A stretch of 64,000 bases of DNA, taken from the NCBI GenBank assembly GCA_965221955.1, contig CBDCTA010000028.1, positions 118,700 through 182,699 on the forward strand, given 5' to 3'. The notes beneath the pieces were generated by a model. It saw only the letters and a list, made by a program, of their open reading frames with translations. It searched no databases and was not told the origin of the DNA. The position numbers and the translations under genes were made by a program. This document shows, piece after piece, positions 50,054 to 61,479 of this stretch. Every line of letters starts with the position of its first letter. Within the stretch, counting starts at the first letter, position 1. This DNA is from Gammaproteobacteria bacterium. Its GTDB lineage: Bacteria; Pseudomonadota; Gammaproteobacteria; UBA4575.

Positions 50054-50602
50054 TTACACATTCTGTAACAAATTCTGTCGATAGTATTTAAGCTCTTCAA
50101 TTGAATCACGAATGTCATCCAAGGCAAGGTGCTTAGAATCTTTATTAAATCCTTTTGCGACCTCTGGGCTCCAACGCTGCGCAAGCTCTTTTAAAGTACT
50201 GACATCGAGATTACGATAATGAAAATACGCTTCTAGGTTTGGCATTAAACGCGCCAGAAAGCGACGGTCTTGACAGATGCTGTTACCGCACATAGGCGAG
50301 GTATTTTCTGGGACATATTGTTGCAAGAACGCTATCGTGTTTGCCTCAGCTTGCAGCTCATCGATTGTGCTATTTTTCACTCTTTCAACCAAACCAGACT
50401 GCGTATGCTGTTTAGTATTCCATTCATCCATCGCATCGAGCAATGCGTTTGGCTGATGCACTGCAATCATTGGTCCTACTGCAATTTCCTCTAAATTTTT
50501 ATTCGTGACAATTGTAGCAACTTCTATAATCCGATCTGACATGGTATCTAAACCTGTCATTTCTAAATCAATCCAGATTAAATTATCAGCATCTACGGAC
50601 AT
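50054..50602 (-). CDS. orn: Oligoribonuclease
   Basis: [23 protein letters not shown] and HLALDDI motifs; ATG 50602 with AAGGA RBS. Confidence 0.96.
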   Translation of the reverse strand: MSVDADNLIWIDLEMTGLDTMSDRIIEVATIVTNKNLEEIAVGPMIAVHQPNALLDAMDEWNTKQHTQSGLVERVKNSTIDELQAEANTIAFLQQYVPENTSPMCGNSICQDRRFLARLMPNLEAYFHYRNLDVSTLKELAQRWSPEVAKGFNKDSKHLALDDIRDSIEELKYYRQNLLQNV

Positions 50603-50677
50603 TGGTATTTCCTTGTCGGTTTTGTATATCATACCTGTCTGAAAGATAAATTATCATAGCCATATAACTATTTTAAA

Positions 50678-50979
50678 ATGAAAAAAAGATATTTCCTGAA
50701 TTTAGTCTTTTTGGGTTTTTTATGCACAAGCCCATCTCAGTTTGCTTTCGCTGAAGATGGTGAACTACTTCATCAAGAAAACTGTATAACTTGTCATGCA
50801 GCGATGACTGGAGGAGATGGTTCGGTTTTATACACTCCGCAAAGATCATACCGTGACTTCAAGCGAAATATTGAACAAACAGGTGAATCGTTGTCAATCT
50901 AGCCTTGGACTCAATTGGTCAGAATCAAAAATCAATGCTGTTCAGCAATATCTGAATAGTACATTTTATAAATTTTTAA
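50678..50979 (+). CDS. Small periplasmic monoheme cytochrome c (frameshifted near 50836)
   Basis: Signal peptide and CITCH; continues in another frame as RKDHTVTS...QVNRCQSSLGLNW...YLNSTFYKF. Confidence 0.75.
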
Positions 50980-50988
50980 GTTTTAGAA

Positions 50989-51875
50989 TTAGCTATTATC
51001 GAAAAGTATTCTGCTAAAGTCGTCAGTCGTCATGGCGCACATCTTATTGTAAAAGATAAGTTTAATGCCAGACATACTTGCATCTCGAAAAAAAAGTTTA
51101 GCTATGTCGTTTGCGGAGACAAAGTCTTTTGCTCTAACGTTGAAAAAGATAGAGACCAGATCGTCGAGGTCGTGCCACGCAAAAATGAATTAATCAGACA
51201 AACTGAATATGCTGCTAAAACTGTTGCCGCAAACATTGATACTATTATTATAGTTTGTGCAGTTGAACCCGGACCTTCATTAGAATTAATCGACCATTAC
51301 ATAGTCGCTGCAGAACAATTAGCAACCGAAACATTTATCGTGATTAATAAAACTGACTTAAACAACGCTGAAAATGTAGTCACATCACTAAAAAATAAAT
51401 ATCAGAAGCTGCCGTATCCTATTTTTGAAACCACCAAAATAAATCCATCAAGTTTGAACAAGCTTTCCCAGCATCTTAAAAATAAAACTTTGCATATTTG
51501 TTGGGCAATCTGGTGTAGGGAAATCTACTTTAATCAACGCACTGATACCCAATCTCAATATTGAAACCCAATCAATTTCAGATCAAATTAATCAAGGGCG
51601 GCATACCACCAGCACAACCACATTGTATGACTTGCCGCTGGGCGGTGAAATTATTGACTCGCCTGGAGTAAGAGAATATTCAGCACCTGAACTCGATGCT
51701 GACAGTATTATCAAAGGTTTTGTTGAAATCGATAAGCTAGGAAATGAGTGTAAGGTTTCATGATTGCAAGCACATTAGTGAACCACAATGCGCTGTTAAG
51801 CATGCAGTTGATAGTGGTGAAATTAATTTAGAGCGTTACCAATCATATAAACATATGCTAGATAAACATCTTTAA
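50989..51875 (+). CDS. rsgA: Ribosome small subunit-dependent GTPase A (frameshifted; start approximate)
   Basis: VCGDKV, AANID, NKTDL, VGQSGVGKSTLINAL, GRHTT, DSPGVRE and the C...HISEPQC zinc finger, spread across frames. Confidence 0.88.
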
Positions 51876-51881
51876 TTTATT

Positions 51882-52483
51882 TTAATAGTGCTTTCTAGAA
51901 TTAAATGCTTGAGCAATAGTATTCTGATCAACAAACTCTAACTCACCCCCAACAGGCACACCTTGCGCAAGTCGTGTGGTTTTAATATTTTGCTTACGCG
52001 CCATTTCACTTAACACATGCGCTGTGACTTCGCCCTCCACAGTAGAATTTGTAGCTAAAATCATTTCCTCTATTTCTTGTTCGGCTAGCCTTTTTTCTAG
52101 AATTTCCAGACCGAGCTCTTTGGGCCCAATTCCATCTAATGGAGAAAGCCTACCCATTAACACAAAATATAAACCTTTGTAATCAGTGCTTTTCTCTATA
52201 GTAAAAACATCTGCAGGGCTTTCTACAACACATATTTGAGTTTGCAAACGGCGATTATCATTGCAAATCACGCAAAGTTCTTGCTCTGTAAAGGTACGAC
52301 ATTTGCTGCAATGGCCTATTTCTTTAGCTGCTCTTCTAAACATATGGCTAACGTTTTTGCCCCATCGCGGTTGCGTTGCAATAAGTGAAAAGCCATTCTC
52401 TGTGCAGACTTAGGACCTACCCCAGGCAAACATTTCAAAGAATCTATGAAGCGAATCTAAAAGTGAAGGCGGTTGAGAACCAT
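51882..52483 (-). CDS. recR: Recombination protein RecR (5' part frameshifted)
   Basis: [20 protein letters not shown] upstream of the track ORF; [15 protein letters not shown] and ATNSTVEGE motifs. Confidence 0.92.
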
Positions 52484-52509
52484 TACTTGAAAAACCTATA
52501 GACATATAT

Positions 52510-52833
52510 TTAAAACGGCAGCTTCATACCCGGAGGCAAATTCAACCCACTTGCCAAACCTGACATTTGATCTTTAGTTAAAGTTTCAACCTTATTAGAA
52601 GCATCATTGATTGCAGCCGCAATTAGATCCTCAAGCATGTCTTTATCATCACTTAATAAGCTGTCATCAATTTGTACTTTGCGGACCTCATGCTTACCTG
52701 TCATCGTTACTTTAACCATGCCCCCACCAGACTGACCTTCAACTTCTAAGTTTTTTAATTCTTCTTGCGCTTTTTGCATATCTTCTTGCATTTTCTGCGC
52801 TTGCTTCATCAAATTACCCAATCCACCTTTCAT
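52510..52833 (-). CDS. ybaB: Nucleoid-associated protein YbaB/EbfC
   Basis: [18 protein letters not shown] and [12 protein letters not shown] motifs. Confidence 0.95.
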   Translation of the reverse strand: MKGGLGNLMKQAQKMQEDMQKAQEELKNLEVEGQSGGGMVKVTMTGKHEVRKVQIDDSLLSDDKDMLEDLIAAAINDASNKVETLTKDQMSGLASGLNLPPGMKLPF

Positions 52834-52934
52834 ATATTCACCATTAATTTCATATTAGTCATATTCGTTTATTCTCGATTATTATATTTAGTTTAATTTC
52901 CTATAGCTTCAAGCATACCTAAACAGATTATTAC

Positions 52935-54558
52935 CTATTCATCGACTGGTCGCACACTCCCTTCAATAATTTCAGCTCCAAACTGTGATTTTAAGGCTTT
53001 TACTGCATCATCTTCTTCAGCATTCTTTTCAGCTTGGGACAGTATTTTTTCTCTTACACGATCTTTTTTTCGCGCAGGAGTTTCAAGCTCGTCATCAGAA
53101 ATATCAAACTTCAATTTGAAGTTGCCATCGAAATATTCTCGCAAAGCTTTTTCTAAGCGTTGCTTAGCGCCTTGAGTTGCAATTCCTTCATGTTGATGCG
53201 CAAGGTGCAAGGTCAATAACTCATCATTTACCGATTCCACGCTGCAATTGGATGCAAGCGAGTAAGATACACCTTGCAGCCCTAACTTTTCGACCAATAA
53301 TGGCCATGCATCATCATTTTCAGCCAAGGTATTAAAAGAATCGTTATTCTTTTTTTTAGACTTAGCTTGAGATAGATTTTCTTTTTTAATTTTAGATGTA
53401 GAGTTACCATTTGCTGAACTAGATTTGCCACTAGAGACTGAGAAGTCTATATTTTTAGCCGCTTGGTTATCGTCTGCAGGACGAAACGAAAGCATACGCA
53501 ATAAGGTCATCTCCAAAGCACTCTGTGGTGTGGTAGATAAGTAAAGATCTCGTTTTCCAATCAGTGCAATTTGATAAAAAAGTTGCACATCTTCAGGATT
53601 AAAACGATTACTTAATTCTTTTATCATCGCTGCATCAAACTCTAAAGAATCAAGCATACTGGGCACTGCTTGTGACAGGCGCAACTTGATGTAGCGCCTC
53701 GATAATATCTTCAAACAAACTATTAAAATCAGCAGAGAGCTGTGCTAGCTCTTTTGTGCACTGCATAATTGCAGGTGCATCCGAATTTGACAAAGCTAGC
53801 ATTAATTTATGCAAATATTCTCTGGGTACGGTACCCAGCATTTCATGCACAGCAGTGTCAGCTACATTCCTATCACTGTATGCAATCGCTTGATCTAGCA
53901 AACTCAAAGAATCACGCATACTTCCATCTGCTGCACGTGCCAAAGCATGTAATGCGCTTTTCTCATATTTTATTTCTTCTGCATCAACAAGTTTTTCTAA
54001 TTGCTCCACAATCGCTTCATCAGAAATACGTTTCAAATTGAACTGCAGACAACGAGATAGCACTGTAATGGGTAATTTTTGCGGGTCTGTGGTTGCCAGT
54101 AAAAATTTTACATGTGGTGGTGGTTCTTCTAAGGTTTTCAATAAAGCATTAAAACTATGTCCAGATAGCATATGAACTTCGTCGATTAAATAGACCTTAT
54201 AGTTACCCCGTGTTGGACTGTATTGAACGTTATCTAATAATTCACGTGTATCTTCCACTTTAGTACGTGAAGCTGCGTCCACTTCTATGAGATCTATAAA
54301 GCGACCGGCATCAATTTCTTCACATGCGCTGCACTGCCCACATGGAGATGAGCTCATGCCTTGTTCGCAATTTAGACACTTAGCGAATATTCTCGCCAAA
54401 GTTGTTTTTCCAACTCCTCGTGTACCTGTAAAAAGATAAGCGTGATGAGTTCGTTCTTGGTCCAAAGCATTGGTCAATGCTTTTACCACATGGCCTTGCC
54501 CAACCACTTCCGCAAAATTTTTAGGGCGCCATTTTCGGGCTAATGCTTGATAACTCAT
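52935..54558 (-). CDS. dnaX: DNA polymerase III subunit gamma/tau (one extra base near 53678 splits it into two track ORFs)
   Basis: YQALARKWRP, GTRGVGKTT, IDEVHML and SRC motifs; removing one base joins HQVA to LSQAVPS. Confidence 0.95.
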
Positions 54559-54590
54559 TCAGGAATATATAAAAATTCATTGATTACAGT

Positions 54591-54700
<110 letters not shown>

Positions 54701-54815
54701 AGAATGACTATAGCTTACAGCTCGTCGTATTAAAACATGACAAATATTGATTAATGTATAACCAGTTTTTTCGGATTCAGATATAAATAAAGCCCATACG
54801 CTGTAGGGAGATATT

Positions 54816-55406
54816 ATGTCTTTAATCGCTTTACTTTCACCCAATAAACTATTCACCAAAGCCAAAGCTCGGATGGGTAAAGCAAACTGGGAATTCTGGA
54901 TTGGTAATTTTTTTGTAGTGTTCTCTACGGTTTTAGGCGTTTACTTAGCTGCTCATGCTGCATTGGAAACCGCAATACAATTTGAAGCTGTAAGAGCTGA
55001 TCGTGACAGTTATTATGTACGCACTTCTTTACACAATGAACTAAAGCATAATATTACTGTATATGAAGATATTATTAACAACTACCGCAATGGAAAAAAT
55101 GGCTATCATAAAAATAGCCAATGGCTAAACCACCCTGAATATTTTGTGTGGGAGTCACTTAAAACCTCTCCAGCATTACTCACTACTCCACCTGAAATTT
55201 TGGTTGGTGTAACAAACTTTTATAAGTATTCTGAACTTGTAATGGAAAAGCTAAATAAAAGAGGGCCAACAAACAACACTATTTATATAGCAAACCAATT
55301 TGAAGAAAAAATTAACGAATTTAAAAAAGAAACAATGCCATTTCTTGAAAATAACTTAGCAAAGCTTAAAAAAGAATTACTAGAAAACGAAATTGAGCTT
55401 CAATGA
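54816..55406 (+). CDS. Hypothetical protein with one N-terminal TM helix
   Basis: ATGTCTTTAATC (MSLI...) reads on the plus strand after a GGGAG RBS, so the track's minus-strand label is wrong. Confidence 0.75.
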   Translation: MSLIALLSPNKLFTKAKARMGKANWEFWIGNFFVVFSTVLGVYLAAHAALETAIQFEAVRADRDSYYVRTSLHNELKHNITVYEDIINNYRNGKNGYHKNSQWLNHPEYFVWESLKTSPALLTTPPEILVGVTNFYKYSELVMEKLNKRGPTNNTIYIANQFEEKINEFKKETMPFLENNLAKLKKELLENEIELQ

Positions 55407-55920
55407 ATCAACACACTCCATATAAATACTAGTTAGTAAAAGAAAGAATTTGTAGTTGCTATTCATGAATAATCATTTATTACATGCTGCAATTTACAAT
55501 ATAAGTTTGGGAACTTAAAAAACCTTAAAATAATTCAGGTTATTTTAAATAACTACAAAACTGGTAAATGAAATGTAGACGTGAGGTTATGTGTCAAAAC
55601 GAAGAGCTATTAAAACAACCATTTCTTTAGATTAAGCCTAAATCTTATACTCTTTTAGAATTACACACTCTACTCCGAAGAGTTGTTACTTAAACGGAAA
55701 CCATAGAAATTTCTTTTCTCATAACATTTATCTATGGATTCAATAACTACAAAGTCTTGGACGAATAACCAACCATTCTTTTATATTGCTATTAATTAGG
55801 CACTAAGTGCCTATAAATATTACATATAAGAAATATAAAACTATGAAATTCTTAGTGTATGCATGGCCGGAATTCCTAACGAGAACCGGCCCAATTCTTT
55901 CAAGGGAGGAGCAAGAAACC

Positions 55921-57528
55921 ATGGTCTATTTTAAACCGCTTTCATTATTGATAGCTGCTTCAATTTTTTTGATTTCACAAGGTGCTGGTGCTGTTGGCCT
56001 AACTGATATACCCAACGCACACCGCGGAAAATTTTTACCACCTGCAGATTCTTTGGGAAGTGCACTAATTGATGGCCAGAAGGCACATGAGATTAAGACT
56101 TCGTCATGAAGAAGTCGATGAAGACATATCGGATGGATCACCCATTGCAAGTGCGGATCGAGCGGAACAAATTAACGGCTCGTGTTTGTTGGCGGGTGGA
56201 CTACGGCCCGTTACCATGGATTTTATGGCTTCGTGGTGAGTTTGAAGTTGGCAGACCTTTTGGTAGCGACAGGTGCTCTCAATCTCGATGACGATTTTAG
56301 GATTCCGGCCCTGGTCCAGTTGGGTCTCGACTTGCGGAAGGACACGCGATTATTCCAGATAACGAATATGAAGAAATAAATGAATTTTAATTGGCTGGCG
56401 CAGCCACACAGGAGGATGCCCAAATTCACCAGACCCTTGTATGGAAATTTACCTCATTCAAGTTAGGACGTCAAGAAATAATTTATGACAATCACCGATG
56501 GGTAGGCAACATCCTTTGGCGCAATAATTTTGTGTCCATGATGCTTTGCGTATAGACAACACATCAATCAAAAATCTTAGTTTATCCTATGCCTACCTTA
56601 ATAAGGTTAAGCGTACTTTTGGTGAGACAATCCGTTTTTAATGAATGGAAAATGGATGACGCACATCTTATAAATGCTTCCTATACTTTCCCTGATATTG
56701 GTAAAGCTAACAGCATATGGCTTATTTACTCGATTTCGACGATAATAGAAGAACACCATTTCAAGAAGGCGGATGGAATTGCCATTTACACTTGGACCTG
56801 TACCACCAGTTGTATTTGATTCAGATACTTTGGTGCAAGTTGGATAGGTAAACATGAAGTTAGGTGACTCACTTGATTTGTTAACTGAATTTGAATGGGC
56901 CAACCAAGATCCAAAGGGTGATGCAGGTGAAACCCAGCATGGGAGTAGAAGTAGCCGATTTTGACGACAATGATTACTACAATATTGAACTAGGTGTGAG
57001 GTTTGGCGGAACCCGGGTAGATGGTTTAGGATTCTAATGCCAATAGGTGAACCCTACTTTCCAAATTAAGTCGGACAGGAAGTCTCGAAGGCCAAGGTGA
57101 CGGAGGTAATGCTTTGCAAACTCCACTTGCCACATTTCATGCATTCAATGGATGGGCAGATAAATTCATTGGCCCCACGGGCGGTTCAGCAACTCCTGTA
57201 GGAGGGTATCGAAGATACTAGTATCAATCTTACGATTTTAGGCCTTTTCGGCAATGTACATTGGTAAAAACAAGATTGTGGTCTCTTATCATGACTATGA
57301 GCCAGATAAAAATTTCACAGGCCCTAATCGGTCCAGGATTTCGGACTATGGTAACGAGTGGAACTTATTATGGGGTAAGCCTGATCTCTTTGGACAAAAA
57401 GGGTTTACTCGGAGTAATCAAATACGCGGATTACAGTGAAGACTGTGGTACTGGTGCTGGCAACGACCCTCTGTTTTGCGTCGATACTGAAGAAATTCTG
57501 GTTGATGCTTCAGTACCATTATCAGTAA
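55921..57528 (+). CDS. Outer-membrane beta-barrel of alginate-export (AlgE-like) type, heavily frameshifted (errors or pseudogene)
   Basis: AGGGAGGAG RBS and signal peptide; fragments across frames include LRHEEVD, KLGRQEIIYDNHRWVGNILWR, HLINASY, LQTPLATFHAFNGWADKF, DYGNEW and a terminal FWLMLQYHYQ-stop strand. Confidence 0.7.
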
Positions 57529-57725
57529 ATAAAAAATCAACACTAGGACTATTTATTGCAAATAGTCCTAGTGCTTCTAGTTCAACTCCATAGGGAGGAA
57601 TTTTCCTCTGAGTGCACACCCCTCCGCCTTTTACTCTTTTTAAATTATCAATAACATAGACTCACCAAAGAAGCATCATTAAATATGATACTTTGATAAT
57701 TACTTAATTCTTTATAATTTAATTA

Positions 57726-57741
57726 TGTGAGTATTACCACA
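57726..57741. promoter_or_regulatory. Possible CRP-family site
   Basis: TGTGA-GTATTA-CCACA (9/10 match to consensus) in an AT-rich intergenic region upstream of 57909. Confidence 0.4.
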
Positions 57742-57908
57742 TACAGTAATGTGAAATTAATATTAATAAGAGAATTAAAATATTTCTATTAAGAAACTAA
57801 GTGCGGCATTCCTTACTCACTGTTAAAATTAGGATATTGAACTAAGTCTACTCATAATTAAAATTTTAAACATTCAAGGAATATCTTGAAAGTTATTAAG
57901 GAGTTTGA

Positions 57909-58880
57909 ATGTTTCACAAATACAGTTTCTACTGCATAATTTGTATTGCCTTGCTATCCACTCCTATTGTTGGAAACTCCAACACCAACAATTTCAGCCC
58001 AATCCTTGCATATCAAACTGTTGAATTAGTACAGCAAGAGATAGAACTCGTACGCAAACACAAAGAAGCTGCAATTGATTCACGTGAATTAATCGCAGTT
58101 GAAAATGTATATCCTCGCGAAGTGTACTTCCAGGCCTTAACACTTAGACAAAAAGCTGGAAGACTTTGTCATGAAACCATTCAGTCGTTATTTGCCCCTC
58201 CTCTCGTTGCACAATATTCAATTCCAAGCAATATCACCTCAAAAGACGTCTACAAGATTGTCAACGATGCATGGAGCCAAATACGCTGTGCAAAAGCGGG
58301 ATTAAATGTAAAAGACGAAAACATTGGGCAGCTCAGTGCTTCTGAAGATTCAACAAAGACGCTTACTGATGTTTTCAAATTAATTGTACAAGCAAATCGG
58401 CAGTTAAATTTAGTACTAGAACAACCCATTGAACAAGGTGATGTATATGCAGTTGTGGAACAAGCTAATGCGTACATCGTTGATATACTAAATAAAATAG
58501 CACCCGTGTGGAGCTTAAATGCACCTACTCTGCCTGCATATCAGGCAGGCACTGCGCCGATAGACACTTACAATATTATGCTACGAAATTTCCGCATTAT
58601 TCAGGAAATAGCAAAAGACTCTGGTATAGATATGTTAGATCTGGGTAGTGATATACAAGTACCTATTAACACATCAGATGTATTTGATTTAAGCTCACTT
58701 ATACTGTCAGAATTGCGCTTCTTTGCTTCACAAATAGGCGTAGAAAGAGTTTATAGACTTTCATCATTCCCTGATAAGGTCTCTGCAGATGTGTTTCAAC
58801 AAGCACAATTTATAGAAGAGCACTTAAAAATTCTGAACGACTTTGCGGAAAAATTTCCTACCTGGACAAACCTAGAATAG
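57909..58880 (+). CDS. Secreted helical-repeat protein of unknown function
   Basis: Signal peptide; recurring xx[PS]xDV[YF]-like motifs; GGAG RBS. Confidence 0.75.
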   Translation: MFHKYSFYCIICIALLSTPIVGNSNTNNFSPILAYQTVELVQQEIELVRKHKEAAIDSRELIAVENVYPREVYFQALTLRQKAGRLCHETIQSLFAPPLVAQYSIPSNITSKDVYKIVNDAWSQIRCAKAGLNVKDENIGQLSASEDSTKTLTDVFKLIVQANRQLNLVLEQPIEQGDVYAVVEQANAYIVDILNKIAPVWSLNAPTLPAYQAGTAPIDTYNIMLRNFRIIQEIAKDSGIDMLDLGSDIQVPINTSDVFDLSSLILSELRFFASQIGVERVYRLSSFPDKVSADVFQQAQFIEEHLKILNDFAEKFPTWTNLE

Positions 58881-58953
58881 CTTGAAAAAGCTATTACCAA
58901 TAAGCATTTCACATCATGATACATACCATAGATTAATGGTATGCAAAAAGTGT

Positions 58954-58979
58954 AGTGATGCTTATCAAAAAGCATCACT
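58954..58979. terminator. Hairpin between convergent genes (terminator candidate)
   Basis: AGTGATGCTT-ATCAAA-AAGCATCACT, a perfect 10-bp stem. Confidence 0.6.
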
Positions 58980-59001
58980 TTACATAAAATTAATTACACA
59001 A

Positions 59002-59196
59002 TCAGTGACAAGGAAAAGCCTGAGTATGACGAATATCATGCGCTGCATTGTGCACAGCGGCAGAATTCATGAACCCTACACCATATAAAATCACAGAACC
59101 AAGTAAAATCGCACAAGCAATTTGTAATGGCTTGGATAATGATGATGTACGCGAAGCAACTTGAATAGTGCTTTGTGTAGTACTTTGAGTTTGCAT
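59002..59196 (-). CDS. cbtB: Cobalt transporter subunit CbtB
   Basis: One TM helix followed by VHNAAHDIRHTQAFPCH, the His-rich CbtB C-terminus. Confidence 0.9.
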   Translation of the reverse strand: MQTQSTTQSTIQVASRTSSLSKPLQIACAILLGSVILYGVGFMNSAAVHNAAHDIRHTQAFPCH

Positions 59197-59249
59197 AGTT
59201 ATGTCTCCTCGATAGAAATATAAATTAATTTATAATGAAGTAAGCATTA

Positions 59250-60089
59250 CTAATGATGCCAACTATATTTTTTAATGAGCATTGCACACGAGCTATCCAA
59301 GATGTAACCCATGATACCAATGACTAATACCATAGCCGTAAGTTGATCATACGACAGGGTCTCTCTCGCATCTGCAATAGAGTAGCCTAAACCTGAAGTC
59401 ACGCCTAAAAATTCTGCAGGTACTAGAACAATCCAACCCACACCAAGGGCCAGACGTACGCCTGTCAAAATATCAAACATAATTGCAGGTAATATTATTT
59501 GCGTAACCATATGCCATGGTTTAGCACCTAGATTTTTTGCAACTTTGAACCAAGCAGGATCTACTTTTGCAAGTCCTGCTGCAGTTGCAAACACGATAGG
59601 CCAAACTGCTGCAATTGCTATTAGGAATACAATTGCCCCATTCCATGTAGCAAATACGATTACTGCAATAGGCTCCCAAGAAAGTGGGCTGATCATGCGA
59701 ATTAACTGAAAGGGTGAATTACTTAGGTCACGAAATATTTTACTCCTCCCTAATAGAATGCCAATCGGAATTCCAACGATGATCGCAATAAGTAATCCAG
59801 CACCAAGGCGAAATCCACTTGCATAGACAGCAGCTTGAATTTTTCCTTCTCCCCATAACTCTGGAAAGGCTTTGAACGTTGGAACGGGTCCAAAATCTTT
59901 AAAGTTAGTGGTGTTGGGGTTTATCTCAATGAGATAACCCCCAATCCACCAGAGTACGAAGAGAATAAATAAGCCAGCAGCCCAATAGAACAGACTCGTT
60001 CCAAAGGATTTTGCGAATGATTGTTCTTGGTTAGGAATGCCTCCAGCACCCGCATCAATCAATTCAGTTTTTGCATCTCCATTGCTCAT
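59250..60089 (-). CDS. NitT/TauT family ABC transporter permease
   Basis: IRMISPLSW, EAA-like AKNLGAKPW loop and WIVLVPAEFLG motif. Confidence 0.9.
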   Translation of the reverse strand: MSNGDAKTELIDAGAGGIPNQEQSFAKSFGTSLFYWAAGLFILFVLWWIGGYLIEINPNTTNFKDFGPVPTFKAFPELWGEGKIQAAVYASGFRLGAGLLIAIIVGIPIGILLGRSKIFRDLSNSPFQLIRMISPLSWEPIAVIVFATWNGAIVFLIAIAAVWPIVFATAAGLAKVDPAWFKVAKNLGAKPWHMVTQIILPAIMFDILTGVRLALGVGWIVLVPAEFLGVTSGLGYSIADARETLSYDQLTAMVLVIGIMGYILDSSCAMLIKKYSWHH

Positions 60090-61372
60090 TAAAGTACAAA
60101 TGTCTCCGTGCGAACATATGGGTCGCCTTCCTGTGGAACACTCTTATCGTTACGCCATTTAGGATTAGATTCCAATGAACTTTTAACGAAGTCGTAATTG
60201 ACTAAATCGTCTGCTACATGTTGTGGTGTAAGATCATTTAAGAACTTTGCATCACCCGTAACAACAGTTTCTTTTAAGTCATTTACTACTAACTCCGTTG
60301 CAGAACGATAAGGCCATGCTTGAAAATCAATACGATTCTGATCCCACTCAGGATGCTTGATTGCTAATGGGTTGTTGTAGTACGCAGGGTCGTAGAACAT
60401 CATGGCACGTTTCACAACTTCTTTAGGAACAGGTAAGTAACCCTTACCGTCTTTAGAGAGTAGTTCAGCCATGGATTCACGATTTTCTGCAAGCATGATT
60501 TGTGCTTTAACTACAGCATTATGAATACCTTGCGCCCAAGCTGCTCGATCTGGATCCATTGCATCGTCTTCATGCATTACGACTACACAACATGGATGAC
60601 CTTTCCAAGCATCTCCGGTAAATCGAAGCACTTTACCACCTGCTTTTAATTCACCTAACGCATTGAATGGCTCTGCAACGCAGTATCCATCAATCGTTCC
60701 AGCTGCAAGTGCAGGTGGCATTGAAGGCGGTGCAAGCACTAAGAAGTTACACTCATCATCTGCAAGCTTGGCAGATTGAGGTTTGATCACAGGTTTAATA
60801 CCAGCTGCTTTCATAATGCGTTGGGAAACAATATTATGAATAGAATACCAATAAGGTACGGCGAACTGTTTGCCACCAAAATCTTTTGGCTCATTAATAC
60901 CACTGTTTTTACCCACCAAAATTGCCGAACCATTGGTGTGATCCCATGCAGTAATTTTAATTGGGTATTTATTGTTGTACCGCATCCATACAGGAATTGG
61001 GATCAACATATGAGTGAGGTTGAAGCGATGCGCTGCAAAAGCCTCGACCAGTGGCGACCAACCACGAATCAATGTTGGTTTTTTAGAATCAATGCCTTCT
61101 GCTTTGAAAAGCCCTTGATCGTGAGCAATTAACAACGCTGCTGCATCTGTGATGGGAATGTAACCAATTTTTACAACTGGATCCCATTTCGCTTTGGCTG
61201 AAAATGCAGGCATTGACATACCCGCCGTGCCCAATGCAGCACCCACTTGAAGCAGCTCACGCCGATTGAGCCCTGTACCTAAAGCGCCTTTAAATAAAGG
61301 GTCATATTCTATGGCCAGGTTCGGATCATCATGAATGATCCCCTCACCATGTTTTTGATAAATTTTCTTCAT
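60089..61372 (-). CDS. NrtA/CmpA-like ABC substrate-binding protein (Tat signal)
   Basis: NRRELL twin-arginine motif, VKIGYIPITDA, YCVAEPF and HPCC. Confidence 0.9.
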   Translation of the reverse strand: MKKIYQKHGEGIIHDDPNLAIEYDPLFKGALGTGLNRRELLQVGAALGTAGMSMPAFSAKAKWDPVVKIGYIPITDAAALLIAHDQGLFKAEGIDSKKPTLIRGWSPLVEAFAAHRFNLTHMLIPIPVWMRYNNKYPIKITAWDHTNGSAILVGKNSGINEPKDFGGKQFAVPYWYSIHNIVSQRIMKAAGIKPVIKPQSAKLADDECNFLVLAPPSMPPALAAGTIDGYCVAEPFNALGELKAGGKVLRFTGDAWKGHPCCVVVMHEDDAMDPDRAAWAQGIHNAVVKAQIMLAENRESMAELLSKDGKGYLPVPKEVVKRAMMFYDPAYYNNPLAIKHPEWDQNRIDFQAWPYRSATELVVNDLKETVVTGDAKFLNDLTPQHVADDLVNYDFVKSSLESNPKWRNDKSVPQEGDPYVRTETFVL

Positions 61373-61479
61373 TTTGGAATTCCTCTCATCGTTACTCTCG
61401 TAGTTTTCTCATCATTTTATCTAGACCGCGACTCTAGATTGTAGTTGCCGACCATTTCGACATAAGACACAGCACTTTC

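Noticed and set aside
53650-53714. dnaX split as the programmed gamma/tau frameshift
   Set aside because: The break is near codon 294, inside the clamp-loader core, has no slippery sequence and is fixed by removing one base. The plausible programmed site is at about 53350.
54816-55406. Minus-strand label in the ORF track
   Set aside because: The listed protein is encoded on the plus strand (ATG at 54816, TGA ending at 55406).
55798-55812. Sigma-54 promoter upstream of the porin
   Set aside because: GG-to-GC spacing is 8 nt instead of 10. It is only a short palindrome (AGGCACT-A-AGTGCCT) in an error-prone region.
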